Assembly: GCA_030704615.1 (NCBI GenBank)
Contig: CM060731.1
Location: 23,622,001-23,686,000, forward strand
Length of the DNA: 64,000 nucleotides
Origin: Takakia lepidozioides
Taxonomy: Eukaryota; Plantae; Bryophyta
Reading direction: 5' to 3'
Shown here: piece by piece, positions 23,781 to 37,728 of the stretch
Numbering within the stretch: position 1 is the stretch's first letter
Layout: each line of letters starts with the position of its first letter
Translations under genes and position numbers: made by a program
Notes under the pieces: model-generated
The model's input: only the letters and a program-made list of their open reading frames with translations
What the model was told of the DNA's origin: nothing
Databases searched by the model: none

Positions 23781-26700
23781 ACAGATTTAGATATAATTTA
23801 AGGTTTATGGTTATTCGAGTCTACTACTATTTAGTCCTAGATCTTAGTCCCTGCATACACATACAGTCGACCCTGGATAAATGTTACATTTTTTTTGTTA
23901 TATCATCATAAATGTTATGATTTTCTTACTCTGTAAAAAAGAATGACAAAAAGAGTGTTATTTGTTATTTGTTATTGAGTACCTACTCTCCTCTTTGTTA
24001 AAACACCTCTGTAATTGTTACATTCAGTATATACCTCTAACCTAGTTGGATCAGATAAGGAGTAATCCATTCTGACCACTAACAAATCACCTCCATGAAT
24101 AACAGCCCCTAAAGTTGGTGACACACTCGCTTAACACTTAGTTAAGTAAAGGTTGACATGAGTGTTGGTCTAGTATCTTGAATTGGAAATACCATAAGGG
24201 TCCAGGCAGTGCTATATTTTTTTAAGGCAGATAGGTTTTTCAATAATGCAGCTTCTGAATCAAGTACGAATCTGGTATGCATAGGTGGTTTTCAAAAAAA
24301 CAATTATATGAGCAATGGTATCTGAACGTCAATAACCTGGAAATATGAACTCGAATACGATTTTTTAGAAAAAAAGAAAAATGGTACTAGAATTCAAATT
24401 CAAATTCAAATATTGAAATGGCCATTTGAATATTTTCTGGCCTCTCTCTAAATGTTATCTTGCATCTGAAGGACCTGTTTTAATGTTAAATTTCTAATTG
24501 TTACGTTATGAAATTTCATCCTGTTTTACTGTTATTTGATATAACTGCCTAATTGTTATAGAGTCTATACTCTTGGAGCATAACAATTATCCAGGTTTGA
24601 CTTGTACCCTAAGAGCCTTCATGAAGGTGGATTGTTTGCTGCAAGGCCAAAGAGAATATTGCTGCAATCCGCAGCCTGTCCACCATAAATTTGCCGTAAT
24701 ACTGGTATCGTGACCACATTGCGCTTACGCTTATTCTGGTATGGGTATGTGTGCGGGGAATCCTAAAGACATACTCCCCCAGTGAGTGTATCACATGGGT
24801 ACACTGGTTCTTTCATACCCGGCTGGTATGTTTTTCAATATATATATATATATTCATACCTGTATTCCATACCTAGGTTCAACCAGGTATACCAGTCCAA
24901 TATTGGTAAATAGTAAATACCAAGTTGATCGGAGTATTGATAATAGTAATAATTGATTCGATCAAACAGGATCAAACAGGAGGAACTCGGTTCTTCTGGT
25001 ATCAAACACGACCAGTGTGTGTGTTACGCCTTATGGCAGCCTTCGGGCACCCAAGGGTTTTTATTTTTTTCCCTTCCAATAATTATTAATAAAGCTCTAA
25101 AGGGCTTCCTCCCCTTTCTCTCAAAAAAATAAAAATAAAAAATAAAAATTGTGTAACAGTCTGTATGAGGAGAGGCTTCAAACTTCAGACGATCTAAGTC
25201 TTCACGTGTCAGAAATTCAGAGACCACAGGTCAGGAATGAGGAATCTCGAGGCAAGAGTGAGAAACCGACAGTAAGAAAATTGAATAGGGGTATGGCGGC
25301 GCATATTGTCCGCAAGTCGTGACAAAGGAGGTTATGCCGCAGCATTCAAAGGTACTCGGTGAATTAATGGGCTTCATTGTCTGGAGAAGGCCTTGGATTG
25401 AGCTGGGACCACCACTCCCTGTCTGAAACAAGTTCCAAAGCCTGTCGGTGACTCTATCAATCACAGAAGGGATTATTAGCGAGAGAAAGAATCACCTTAA
25501 CATGTTTCAAACCTTGAATTTGATGTTGAAGTGAAGGGACTGTTCAGTCCTGGACCAGTGTGTCTTGGGTTTAAGGATCCACCCAACTCCTTTCAAGAAC
25601 ATGCTGTGACATGGATCACCAATGCGTACGGTAATACAAATGGCTTGGTGGGAGAAATGTGGGAATTAGAGCAGGAACAGCACACTGGCTGCAACATGCA
25701 TCGTGTTTTTGGTCCCCTCCCGAAAGGGGACTCGCTTAGCATTTGCAGGGTTTGGGCGTGGATGTAGTGACTGATAGCCACCAATGGCTCAACCGACAAT
25801 TAACAGCTTGAGTTTGGACTTTACCAACGCCATACAAGCAGAAGCCACTCTGGAGCAATGGCGCTCAAAGGAAGCTGAAGAACAAATAATCTGCGGCACA
25901 AAGTTCCCATCTACCCATTTCACTCCCCTGAAAGGTTCTCCAGCCACATAGATGTCTGTGAACTTGAAACATGCACATGAGCAGTGCGTGCTTCTTGCAA
26001 TAGAAGGCAAGTTCTCTATCATGCACAGAGCCTTTTCGATAGGGAGGAAAGAGACAATTTCCTCTCAAAAAGCAACTTGGCTTTATGCAACTTTTCGAGT
26101 CCCCATCTCGTCCCCATTCGAACTCTTAAAATGTCAACATCACCGGTTTCCAACGTGATTGATGGTCCCATTATGCAGATTTAGAGTCAACCAAGTATCC
26201 CTTGTCTATCACTTGCTAGTAGTGTCAGTGCGGGAGCCTGGATAATTTTAGTAGAACCAAAAGCACAATAACTGACTGGGAGAGATATCCCAACATCACG
26301 TTGTGGATTGAATACCGAATGAGATCGAAAGATGCTCAGTCAATTTGGGCCAAAAGCCCCTTGAAAGGTAGATGACGGATCAATGATTGGAACCAAACTT
26401 GATGCATCAGCAGACCATGATACCAGCAGATACCATTGCTGCTGCTGATGGTTACTCATGAAAGTACCTGCATCTAGGGTATTCTCTAATACTTCTCAGG
26501 CTCATTCTTCAATGCGCACACTTCGGGCCAAACAGACAGATTGGATCAACAAGACGGTGATGTATGATTGTTGTATGATTGTGTGAACAACAATGGATGC
26601 AGCCATCCGCCATCTGGCGCTTGTTACGTGGAGACAACTACCCCGAATATGATTGTTGGAACATTGTGTATATACATCATCCACACCATCAATCAAATCA

Positions 26701-29700
26701 AGGACCCTTTTCAACTTCCTTGAGGTTGATATTTCTAACTTTCAGGACTCTGCAAACCCGTGTGATTTTGAATGATTCGAAAATCCAAGTTGCAAGGAAA
26801 TGCTTCGACCCAAACCCACAACTCAAAAGGTTAGGAACCTCCATCTTTCGTACTGCTGACAAAAGTCCTGAGCCAATCCAAGAGTTTTAGGCTTACTTTT
26901 TTGCCGGACACTGTTCCATACTAGTGTTCAGGTCCACAAGCCTCGAACGTCCAGTTAAGAGTGTCTCCATCATGGAAACGTCATTGTCTTGTTGCTCAAG
27001 GTTCTGTTCTGAAGTCCGTGTCAACTTACATCATGATATCTACTGATGTCTTCTAAAGAAAGAATGTATATGGAATCCGGATGCCGTTTGTTGAGTACGT
27101 ACGAATTATGCACAATATGCGTGACTTTGATAATCACAGGCTGCAACTCATTTTGGCACGAGAAAGTCATATCCAAATCATTCCTCATCAATCGAACACA
27201 ATGTGTATTGTATGCCCACTTTATGCCGGTTTTGAGGATCACGTTACATTCAAAGGCTGTGGACAATCGTGTACATACTCTAATTGAGATCAGGCGATTT
27301 CAAATCTTGCACGTCATATATGATCAAAAGAAGGCTTTAATACACTGCTGTAGGCACATACAAAACTGCTCAATTGCTCGCACTTATCCCAAATCCTCAT
27401 CTAGAATTGACTTGCAACTGAAATTGAAGTTCTGCTAACGTCTAATTGCAGACCTCACTTACTGCCCCACCCATTCTCAGCATAAGCCCAGTTGTCAGAA
27501 AGAAAATGTGGACTCTTGCCGAAGTAAGTTAGCAAATCTGAACCCACAAGCGCAATACTACGGTCACATCATGCCAAGACTAGCCATAGTATGCAAAGGT
27601 GTTCCGTCATTTCGACAAGCGGCAACTCATGCGAGAAAACTGCGTTCCAGACTATGAAGCAATAAAGCAATTTCACATGTGGCATACCTATCTGTATTGC
27701 AAGATGCAGCTTCGTTATACAATGGAGAGTTCTGCTCAGACCTATCGAGAATAGCATCCGGTACAAGTAAACATCTCAGCATGGAAAGTGTGCAACAAGC
27801 TCATGCAAGAAAAACAGCTATTCTCATAGACCCAATTGCTATATACATGCGATGTGCATGCTCTCCTCTCCATTGCCATCCTCTGAAAGAGACAATGAGG
27901 CCATTGTAAGCGGATCCACGATTCTTCTATCGGCCTAGCTAGGTGCAATCGGTCCTTCCGCACAACGCACACCTGGCGGCAAAGAGATTCTTAGAGAGTT
28001 GTGCCAAAATCGGGTCTGTTGGCTCTGCACTGGTGACCACGAGATAAGTTAGCACCCTGTTGACCCTACTTACTTTGAAAACCGGAAACCAATCCCGAGT
28101 TATCATCAAGCTGAGAGAGCAATTGTTCTTGCCTCCAAGTTACAATCTCGGCACTTTGCCAGAAGCTACCTCGCATATTTCAAGAGGAATGGCGGCTCTC
28201 TAGCCTCCCAGTCATCTCTGGCCCGTCGCTTTGTCAATGCATGGATGCCTTTTATTTTTTGTGCTTCGTGCTTTCCTTTTCGTCTTCGCGCTCCCATAGG
28301 GCAGAGGGATGGCAGCCTGCGGCAGTTCTCTCCGGGCCCAGAGAGGGGCTGCACCCAAGGCCCTGTCTTCTCGTCGCGGTGAACGGGCAAGAGGCCTTCC
28401 ATCGTGCGGCAGATTGAGGGGCCGGGGATGTGAAGCGGAAGTCGGTTTCCACCTTAGCAATGTCGGGCAGGAGACCCTTGCAAGTGATGGCTTCCGAGCC
28501 TCCAGAGACATCAAAGAACGGTATGGGCATGCAACTCTTTGCTTATTTTGTTGATTACGAACCAGTACCCTCGGACTGACGCTGGCTTCGTCCTTGAACC
28601 ATACCAGCAGCAATTGTGTCCATAAAGGTGGAAGAAGTCCACTGTATGATCGTTCAAGGTCTGTAGTTCAACGTGACTGTAATCGACACCCTTGCCCTCC
28701 TTCAGTGTGTCCTGAAATATCTGAAATTTCTGGTATGTTGTTTTCTTTCCTTTATTTGAGAGAGACACTTATTAACATAGCCCACAGAGATTCCCGGCAT
28801 ATTTCATGAGTTGCATGTATAATGAGCTCACTTCTTGTTGTAGGGGGCAAGTTACCACAGGATGCGACACATTGCCGTGATCCTTCTGGAACAGTGCAGA
28901 GAGCCAGTGACATCGAGGGATAGGAGAAGGGCATAGAGATGCAGTCAGAAACTGTTCCCTACGAAGAGGGTGGCTGTGGTGTACCCATTAAAGCGTAGTC
29001 CCCACGGGATCCTGGCCAGTTGTGAGTTTCTAGCCACCTTAGTCCACACACAATCTGATTACAGGAAATTAGGTCTGAGGTAACGACCAGTATAGACATC
29101 ATGCTTGAAAAGTATCCAGTCCCGCACTGCCGCACTATCCCTCACTATCTCATGCAGCTGTCATTGCACTGTGAGTCACTCTGCGTGTCTGTGTATATGT
29201 GAGAGAGAAATCAATTGCATAGGGAGCCTACTCTAGCATTTCTCAACAAGATTCAAGGAAATTGATCTACTAAAGACCCGTGTTTATGGTTTTGAAATGC
29301 AGACCAAGCAGCAAGTATAGAAGGGATGTGGCAGGATCTTATGTCAGATAATTCACGGTGGTGGTTCATCAGGTCTGTTAAGGTGAGTTGAGATCTCACA
29401 CCTATCATAATGGAGTTCTAGCTTCTTGTGTGAAGTGCTGCTTTTGGAGCTTTGGTGGTTGTAGGCTGGTCTATGCCAGGCTGTGGTTGAAGATATTGCT
29501 GCTCAGCTGCGCACCTGCTGCTTCTGCCTAATTTGCTTGCATGCCCTTGCTCATCAACTTTGCTTGTGCACTGCTGGTTCTCATAGAGATGTCCAAGATC
29601 ACCAAACTTCAGATATATGTACTCAACGGAGATTCTTTGGAGTGGGAGATGGTCGAACCCTCCTTGGTTGAAAGCAGAGCCGCCTGTCATGGTTCAATTT

Positions 29701-30812
29701 CAATCACAAAGGGATGGTGGATGGATATCAAAGTGTGGCTCTAATTGTGGTGTGAACATCAGAGCTGATTTGAAGTTTCAAGACAGGAGTGCATATTCTG
29801 GTGGGATAACAGATATTGATCAAAGGACAGAATCTGGTCGATTACTGACTGCGGAGAACCGTGAGTATCAACAACAATGAGCCTGGCTTAAAGGGCGGCT
29901 TTGACCACCAGAAGCTCCTAGTTCTTCTGCAACATCTGTAATTTTGGTATGTTTGTATATCTGTTGTGTATCTGAGGCAGAGACTGAGTATTTTGCAGAA
30001 AATGATGGCCAAACCTACCGTAGCTCTACTGTGACGCAATTTGGCGATATTCTCATTTTCTTGCAGTTCTTCCCCCACAGGTCAAGCAACATGCAAAGAA
30101 TCGTTGCGGCAAGAGCGCCTTTCAGATCCTTCCCAGGGATTGGCTTTCAAGAAGGTGAGAACATTCATTTATGACTTGAATGTGTTTTCCCAAGGGGTGC
30201 TTGTAAACTGCATCATATCAAAGGAAGTTTTCTCTTCATAGAGAAATCTTAGCAAAAGTGGCTTGTTGCAATTAGTAGTTTGTCTTCCTTCTTAGCAGGC
30301 AGTAGGTATTGGTCTCCTCTTCCTACATTATTTGGTTCCTCTGAAAATGGAAGTCTGGAGTTTACTCTGCACTTCCATGGAGTTATCTTCTTTGTTGTTA
30401 GCAAGGCCTGAAAGTAGCTTGACCAAGTTGTGCTCGGCTATCTGAAGAATGCTTGGAGCTTTGTTGGTTTCTTGTTATGATCTCTGCTCTCTCATGGTTT
30501 TCACAGAGAAGTCCAAGATCGCCAGACTTCAGACATAAGGGCACAAATTGGCTTCTTTGGATGGAGAGCTGGTATAACACTCCTGGGGTGAAAAAAGAGC
30601 TAGCTGCCATAATGCATGCTCAGGCTAAATTTAGGTGATAGTTCTATGTCGATGTTCAGGCCAAGGACACAATGAGTATTCTTTTGATGATGGTTCTGTT
30701 GAAAATAGCTTGTCCCAATGCAGAGATCATTCTTTGAAGTGCCTAGGAGCTTGGATATCTATAACATGAGTAGTGTAAAGGTTTTTATCGAAGAGTTTTC
30801 TTTTTGTGCAGG

Positions 30813-33056
30813 ATGGGAGGATTGAATCGGCCAAAGTTGTTGGTTGGACATCAGACTGGTGGCAGGTGTAGCACCACTACCATCATCACTGCTTTTGAAA
30901 GAGGCCTAAGAGAGGGAATCAACAAAAACTCCTGTCACACCTTGGGGTATGTGAGGTCACTCTGTAAAGGAAGACGTCCTAAAGAGGCACTGCACATTTT
31001 AAACCAACACGGCCTTGAGGCAGACTCCGATACTTATGTCTGTCTACTGCAAGAGTGCATCAACCTGAAAGACCTATCAGAGGGAAAGCAGATACATGCC
31101 CACATGATCCAAACTGGGTGCAAGGCTAACACCTTTCTTCTTAACACTATTATCAACATGTATGCCAAGTGTGGGAGTGTTGTGGATGCACGCCAAGTGT
31201 TTGACCAAATGCGTGAACGAGATAAGTTTACATGGAGTATGATGATAGCAGGATATGCCAAACATGGGTGTGGTAGGGAGGCTTTCAAGATATATGAGCT
31301 AATGCAACAGGAAGGGGTGCTGCCCAACAGGGTCACTTTCATTTGCATTCTCAATGCATGCGCAAGTGAAGGAGCCCTGGAAAAGGGCAAAGAGGTCCAT
31401 GCTGACATCATGAAAGCTGGAGTTGCACCTGATATCATCCTAGAGACTGCCCTTGCTACCATGTATGCCAAATGCGGAAGCATAAAGGATGCCCGGGATG
31501 TGTTTGACGAGATGACAAAACGGAATGTTGTATCATGGAACACCATGATTGGAGGCTATGCTCAGCATGGTTGTGGTAGGGAGGCTTTTGAGATCTATGA
31601 GCAAATGCGACAGGAAGGGGTGGTGCCCGACAAGGTCACATTCATTTGTGTTCTCACTGCATGTGCTAGCCTAGGAGCCCTGGAAAAGGGCAAACAGGTC
31701 CATGCTGACATCATGAAAGCTGGAATCACATCTTACATAAATCTGGAGAACTCCCTTGTTGACATGTATGCCAAATGCCGGAGCATGAAGGATGCATGTG
31801 AAATCTTCGAGAATATGCCTCAACGAGATGTGGTCTCATGGAACTCTATGATCGGAGGATATGCCCAGCATGGGTGTGGTAGAGAGGCTTTTAACATGTA
31901 TGAGCAAATGAACCGGGAAGGGGTGACTCCCAACAGGGTCAGTTTTACTTGCGTTCTTAATGCATGTGCCAGCCTAGGAGCCCTGGAGAAGGGTAAGCAG
32001 GTCCATGCTAACATCATCAAAATGGGAATTGCAGCAGATCTCATTTTGGAGAATACCCTTCTGGATATGTATGCCAAATGTGGCAGCATGGAGGATGCAC
32101 ATCAAGTGTTCAACAGTATGGCTAAACGAAATGTTATCTCATGGAACACCATGATTGCAGGGTATGCCCAGCATGGGTCTGGCACAGAGGCTCTAGAATT
32201 ATTTGCACAAATGCAGCTTGGAGGCTTGAAGCCGGATAGTATCACTTTTATATCTCTTCTCTCTGCATGTAGCCATGTGGGCCTTGTTGATGAAGGCTGT
32301 GATTACTTTCATTCCATGAGTCAAGATCACGGCATTACTCCTACAGTGGAGCATTTTGGCTGCATGGTGGACCTTCTGAGCCGTGCAGGGCGATTGGATG
32401 AGGCAGAGGATTTCATTAACAAAATGACAATCAAACCAGATGCTAGGGTGTGGAGGGCCTTGCTGGGTGCTTGCAGGATTCATACCAATGTGGAGGTAGC
32501 AGAACGTGCAGCAAAATGCATTCTTGACACTGATTCACAGCATGCTGCAGCTTATGTGCTGCTATCGAACATCTATGCTGCTGCTGGCAGGTGGGACGAT
32601 AAAGCAAAGGTTCGAAAAATGATGGACTATAGAGGAGTGCGAAAAGAGGCAGGCCACAGCTGCATTGAGGTGGACAATGAGGTGCATACATTCATTGCAG
32701 ATGACAAGTTGCATCCAAGAATTGAGGAAATCCATGCTGAGCTGGACAGGTTGTCTGGGCAGATGAAGGAGGCTGGATACATGCCTGATACACGGTTTGT
32801 ATTGCATGATTTTGAGGATGAGCAAAAGGAACTTTCTCTTGGCCAGCATAGCGAGAGGCTGGCCATTGCTTTTGGACTCATCAGCACGCCCCCTGGGGCA
32901 CCTATCCGGGTGATCAAGAATCTCCGGGTGTGTGGTGACTGTCACTCTGTCACCAAGTACATCGCAAAGATTGTTGGACGGGCAGTTGTAGTACGGGATG
33001 CCAACCGCTTTCACCATTTTCAAAATGGGGTTTGTTCTTGTGGTGATTACTGGTAA
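30813..33056 (+). CDS. PLS-class PPR protein with E1/E2/DYW deaminase domain (organellar C-to-U RNA editing factor)
   Basis: Uninterrupted ORF with 14 L/S/P repeats ending P2-L2-S2, E1, E2, then [35 protein letters not shown] tttgtgcag acceptor just before ATG 30813 suggests an upstream exon. Confidence 0.96.
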   Translation: MGGLNRPKLLVGHQTGGRCSTTTIITAFERGLREGINKNSCHTLGYVRSLCKGRRPKEALHILNQHGLEADSDTYVCLLQECINLKDLSEGKQIHAHMIQTGCKANTFLLNTIINMYAKCGSVVDARQVFDQMRERDKFTWSMMIAGYAKHGCGREAFKIYELMQQEGVLPNRVTFICILNACASEGALEKGKEVHADIMKAGVAPDIILETALATMYAKCGSIKDARDVFDEMTKRNVVSWNTMIGGYAQHGCGREAFEIYEQMRQEGVVPDKVTFICVLTACASLGALEKGKQVHADIMKAGITSYINLENSLVDMYAKCRSMKDACEIFENMPQRDVVSWNSMIGGYAQHGCGREAFNMYEQMNREGVTPNRVSFTCVLNACASLGALEKGKQVHANIIKMGIAADLILENTLLDMYAKCGSMEDAHQVFNSMAKRNVISWNTMIAGYAQHGSGTEALELFAQMQLGGLKPDSITFISLLSACSHVGLVDEGCDYFHSMSQDHGITPTVEHFGCMVDLLSRAGRLDEAEDFINKMTIKPDARVWRALLGACRIHTNVEVAERAAKCILDTDSQHAAAYVLLSNIYAAAGRWDDKAKVRKMMDYRGVRKEAGHSCIEVDNEVHTFIADDKLHPRIEEIHAELDRLSGQMKEAGYMPDTRFVLHDFEDEQKELSLGQHSERLAIAFGLISTPPGAPIRVIKNLRVCGDCHSVTKYIAKIVGRAVVVRDANRFHHFQNGVCSCGDYW

Positions 33057-34369
33057 ATCAAGCATATATGCATTAAAGAGATAGGTCAACGCAATCATGG
33101 TTCTCTGAAGAGAGTTCGAAGGAACTTGGTTGAAACTTATAATATTTCTCTGGGAGGTGAAACTAACTTTCTGTCATGACATTGGAATTCTATGAACCAC
33201 AGGATTACACTGTCCAATTTCCCTCATCTCTTTGCATAATTGGAAGGGTTTTTATACCTGCAACTTGAAAAAGAACTTTCCCTTGCCACTACAGGAAGAA
33301 GCTGGCCTTGTCCTCTATTTTAATCAGATTTAAAATGGTCAAGTGAGAAGTTAGACTGGTAGGCAGATGCCCACATTGGCTTGCAATCTACACTACACTT
33401 CTGAGATCGAATGTTCAACTGTTATTCTCGAATCCTGCCTTGCTTTTTTGAAATACACATAAATGAAGCCACATGTCTTTGTGGAAAATTAAGAACTAAA
33501 TCAAATCAGCAGGATATTCAATGATGCATCATCTCTAAAGTATCTACTAACATCAGTCAAAGTTCTACAAGATTGCTTGATTCACAAATTTGGTGCTCAG
33601 AAAGGCTTGGATCAAAACTATTGCCATCAAGGACTAAAATGAACTACATTTACAAAAGTTATCAGTTCAATCTGAAGCACAAAGCTGTTTTGACTACACA
33701 GGCCAACCTTGTGTCCTCACCTCTGCCGTCAAACCCTGTATGAAGATGAAGTTTGTTTAATGTCCAGCAAATTCACAGAGCCTCAAACGCATCCAGGGGA
33801 AGCTACAGCTGAAGGATATTTTCTTTTGTGTATACAAGTCCATATGAGCAGTGAAAAGCAAAGATCATGGTGAATAACTCCAAACATTCAACCCCAACAA
33901 AGTCAAGACAACGTGCGATTGGTGACAGGATTTGTTAGTGATATCACCCTTGAAAATGAACGATCTCTTGGGTGCTCTCTCCAAAACAACTTCTGGCAAA
34001 TGCTTGGTATTTGAAAGACAAGAAGATGTAAATTGTATCCTGGTATACTCGATTTGATCAGATCCTGCATACCCCTCAACCCATCCCACCCTGCCCGCCT
34101 CCCCTTCCAAGTTACACTTGGAGGAGAAGCTTATACTTCCTCTGCTAGACCTCAAATGACAAAATGGCCAATCAATCCCTTGACGAAATGGTTTCCGTCC
34201 CTGCTGATCCTTGAGTCTACATCATCAAACATAAGATCTTGATGCTTAACATCCGGGGATGCGTATGTATGCCATGAATGACATGTGTCACTGATAGGAG
34301 TCAATGTGCAATGCAGCTTATTGCACATGCATAAATGTCTCTACCCCTCTTTCTTTCCAGTGTTTCTTG

Positions 34370-37300
34370 TTAGTGCAGAACGAGTTGTGAATCTAACTGC
34401 TGCAGCTTAGGCAGTGCTGCTCGCAGTCTACGCATGTAGGTAGGGTCCAAGGCCTGCAAAATCCAAAACCACTCATCACTAAGTCAATATCTCTCTCCTT
34501 ATTGGTGCTCGTGTCTTGCATTCTCCGTGTCTTTGTGTTTCTTTCTGCGGATGTTATAGAATATCATATCATTTCATTTGTCTACATCAATCTCTCCCTT
34601 CCTCTGCATCTCCCATCACGGGTGAAGAGATGACCATCTACTCAATACATTCAATTTGCATGGTGGATAGAGAAAAACAGATAACAGAAAAGGAGATGGG
34701 AAGGCACATACACAAGGGTTTCGCTCAAGGTAGATGGTTGTGAGAGAGTCCTTACAACCCACAAGCACATCCTCAATGCCCTCCAATGTGGCAATCGAGT
34801 TATCGTTAAGCCATAGATCTTCTAACCTGCACCCCAAACAAATTTCCACACAGATAAACTACAGATAATGAGCAACTTATCCAAGTGAAGTTGATACAAG
34901 TCAGAGAGATATGTTGCTATAACCTCTTTCATGAAAGACTTGTGTTGTGACTTGGACAAAGGTAGTTTCCCTAAAGGAAGGAAGAGAGAATAGAGAGAGA
35001 AACACACCTAGTGAGGTTTTCAATACCACTAATGGCTGTAATCCTGTTGGATGACAAATCCAGTAGATGAAGATTTTGCAAGGCTAACAGCCCCTCCATT
35101 TGTGAAATAGCATTATGGCTCAAATAGAGCTCCTCTAACTTCACACAATCCTGCCAACCAACTTACCACCACACCATCAGTTTTTGAGGGATTGTGATGG
35201 AGTTACATTTGTAGAGTAGAAGTGGTCAGCAAATGTATTTTGCTGCCACTACATTCTTTACCCTAAACCCTAAACATGAAGTGGAAGTAAAGGAATTCAA
35301 GTAAGGAGGGTTACAACCCTCCAAACCTGAAACTCAAAGAAGTGCACTGTAAGAGAATGTACTGATAAGACGTTGTTTGCCATAGCCTGGTGGCCATTGA
35401 CCACGCATCCAGTTTGAGCGGAACACAAATGTACAGAAACTAGACGTGCACTGTAGGAGAGAAACGGAGAGGGGGATACAATAGAAATGGAGGTACAAAA
35501 GACCTGAAATGCATGCATGGATGTCAGGCGATTGCTTTGAAGGCTGATTTTAACCAGCCCTGTCAAGCCACACAGGTCTACAGTTCGGATGCGATTACGA
35601 CCCAGCCACAACTCTTGCAACTCCATAAGCTGATGTAGGCCCTCCATCACCTGTGACCTCCCACCAAGCCTCATGCACTCATCCAGCATATGCATACACT
35701 AATACATACAGGTAAATAGGACTCTGCATTATTCCCAAACCTTGATTCCTCCTTGACCCAACCTTCTCTCTCCCTACTTATTGAGACTATCTCTCTCAAT
35801 GTAGCACAAATATCTCATTAGATAGACGCTGAACTTATTTGTAAAAGGGGGCAAGACAGATGTACAGAAAGGAGAGTTACAGACAGAGCAGGTCAAGATG
35901 GAGTATTGATGTTTATCTTCAATATCGTCTCTCTCTCTTCTGCTTGCGTTATGGTTCAACCTTAACAGTTTGGAGCTTACCCGAATCTTGTTTGAGCCCA
36001 GTTCCAGTACCCTGAGGTTCTGTAAGTGTTGCAACTCCTCTATCTTCTCGATATTATTCTTCGAAACATATAGCTCTGTTAACTTTGATGATACACTCGC
36101 CATGCCCTCCAGCGCCAACAGCTCATTGAATGAGACATCCAAAAGTGTAAGGTGGGGGAAGTCTTTCAGTGGGGGGATCTTGGACAACTTGTTGTCTCGT
36201 AGCACCAGCTCCTACACGGATAAGAAACAAGATATCACAGCAAGGCCAACTGCAATTCACAGGATCTCTGTGTTCTTTCCTCCGTTATGGATCATCTTCA
36301 GGCCGCCCGCACATTAGGCATTGACAATCTCCCTTTCCTCTCTGCATCTGTATATTGTTCAGAGGTAGACTCCCCGCCCTGAGTTTTCTGGTACAAAGTC
36401 CGGGGTATTCTTATCAGAGAGAGGCCCTCTTCAGGACCATCAAGAACATAGTCCCTGCACCTCTGTTCACTAACTTTCAAAATCTCGAGGGCGAGAATAA
36501 AGCCCTGGCCCAGTTGGGGTCTACTTACTCGGCAGCTCACAAATAGCAGATTGATGCTTGTGTGAAGGGCTTTCTAGAGGAACTCTTTAAAGCCTAAACC
36601 AATTACTTATACCAAGGTGAGTCCCACTACTTGAGTGAGCCCCTCACAAACATAGTGTCTGTTCCCTCTTGTTCCACCCAAACTGGGCGCAGGATCTATG
36701 GCCCCTAGGCTACGGCAGACAATATCTCATGAGTACATTCTTTCCTCCATTATGCTCTTCCAAACGTAGAGCTGGGAAATTCAGGTCCCGTTAACTAGCC
36801 TGCAGTCTGCAGGGACAGGAAACTGTCTCAAAATCTGCAGTTAGCCCCTCCCTTTCTGAAATTGGTGGTGATGGTGGACCTGCTAAGCCAATCACCACTC
36901 TGACTTCCAACAAACATTTTGCCAAAGGGTTGCTTCTTTAATTGTATATTGAAATTCATCACCAGAAGCGCCCCACTTGAGATGGAGTGCATGAGGGAGA
37001 GAAAGATAGAGGGGGAAGAGAGAGAGAAGGAAAAGATAATTATTACTCATTTTAGCGGAGTGATGTGAAAAGAGGGTCAAGGAGATAGTCACAGAGAAAG
37101 AGGCGTACCTGCAGGCCACAGAGGGCAGGCCATTCTGCCAACACATGCACGGCATCATCTCCAAACTGATTCTGTCGCACACTCAGCTTCTACAAGATGA
37201 AAAGTTACAGAAAGTAAGTACATGGTTCCGAGAGCAACTGAGAAAGGTCTCACATCTCCACAAAGGACTTGTTTTGGGTTCACTGAAGCATCACAGAAAG

Positions 37301-37728
37301 TGGCATGCCTAGTGAAGAGAATGAAATATCATGAAAGGGAGGTATTTGTCCAATTAAAGACGAGCTAAATGGATGCCGGAGGGAGACGGAGAGGGAAAAT
37401 CCCAACCAGAGACTTGAAGTCATCACGCACACAAGAAGTGCAGCAATACCTGGAGTTGCGACATATGTGCAATACGCTCATCGAAAGCCGACAACCGATT
37501 TGCAGTTAAATCCAGTTCTGTCAGATCCTTTGGCAATTCAACATCCGTCAAATCATACAACATCGAGCTTGTAAGATCCACTATGCGCTCCTCATCAACC
37601 TCCATGTCTGTCCCAACCTCACTATCATCTTGTTTCTCTACTTTTCCTACATCCCTTTCGCTTTGGGATTTCATGGGAGAATCCAGCTCCGCTTCACCGC
37701 CACGTTGCTGCTGTGCAAGGAGCGACAT
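34370..37728 (-). CDS. SDS22/PPP1R7-like LRR protein phosphatase 1 regulatory subunit, 7 exons (37728-37450, 37189-37109, 36211-35981, 35650-35504, 35150-35008, 34826-34712, 34453-34370)
   Basis: SDS22-type LRRs (LTELDLTANRL, LQELWLGRNRI, LEELYLSHNAI, LEDLWLNDNSI, TIYLERNP, LPKLQQLD) joined in frame by GT-AG introns. Confidence 0.92.
35357..35445 (-). mobile_element. Non-LTR retroelement 3'-end fragment (intronic family)
   Basis: Matches the family 3' end; TSD gtgcactgta(a/g)gaga at 35342-35356 and 35446-35460. Confidence 0.75.
36290..36737 (+). mobile_element. 5'-truncated, 5'-inverted non-LTR retroelement copy
   Basis: 17-bp TSD ttctttcctcc(g/a)ttatg (36273-36289, 36738-36754); 36290-36386 is inverted relative to the rest; ends GAGTACA. 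Confidence 0.9.

Noticed and set aside
26340-26370. Similarity to 1505-1535 suggesting paralogous decayed genes
   Set aside because: The match is under 30 bp and does not extend
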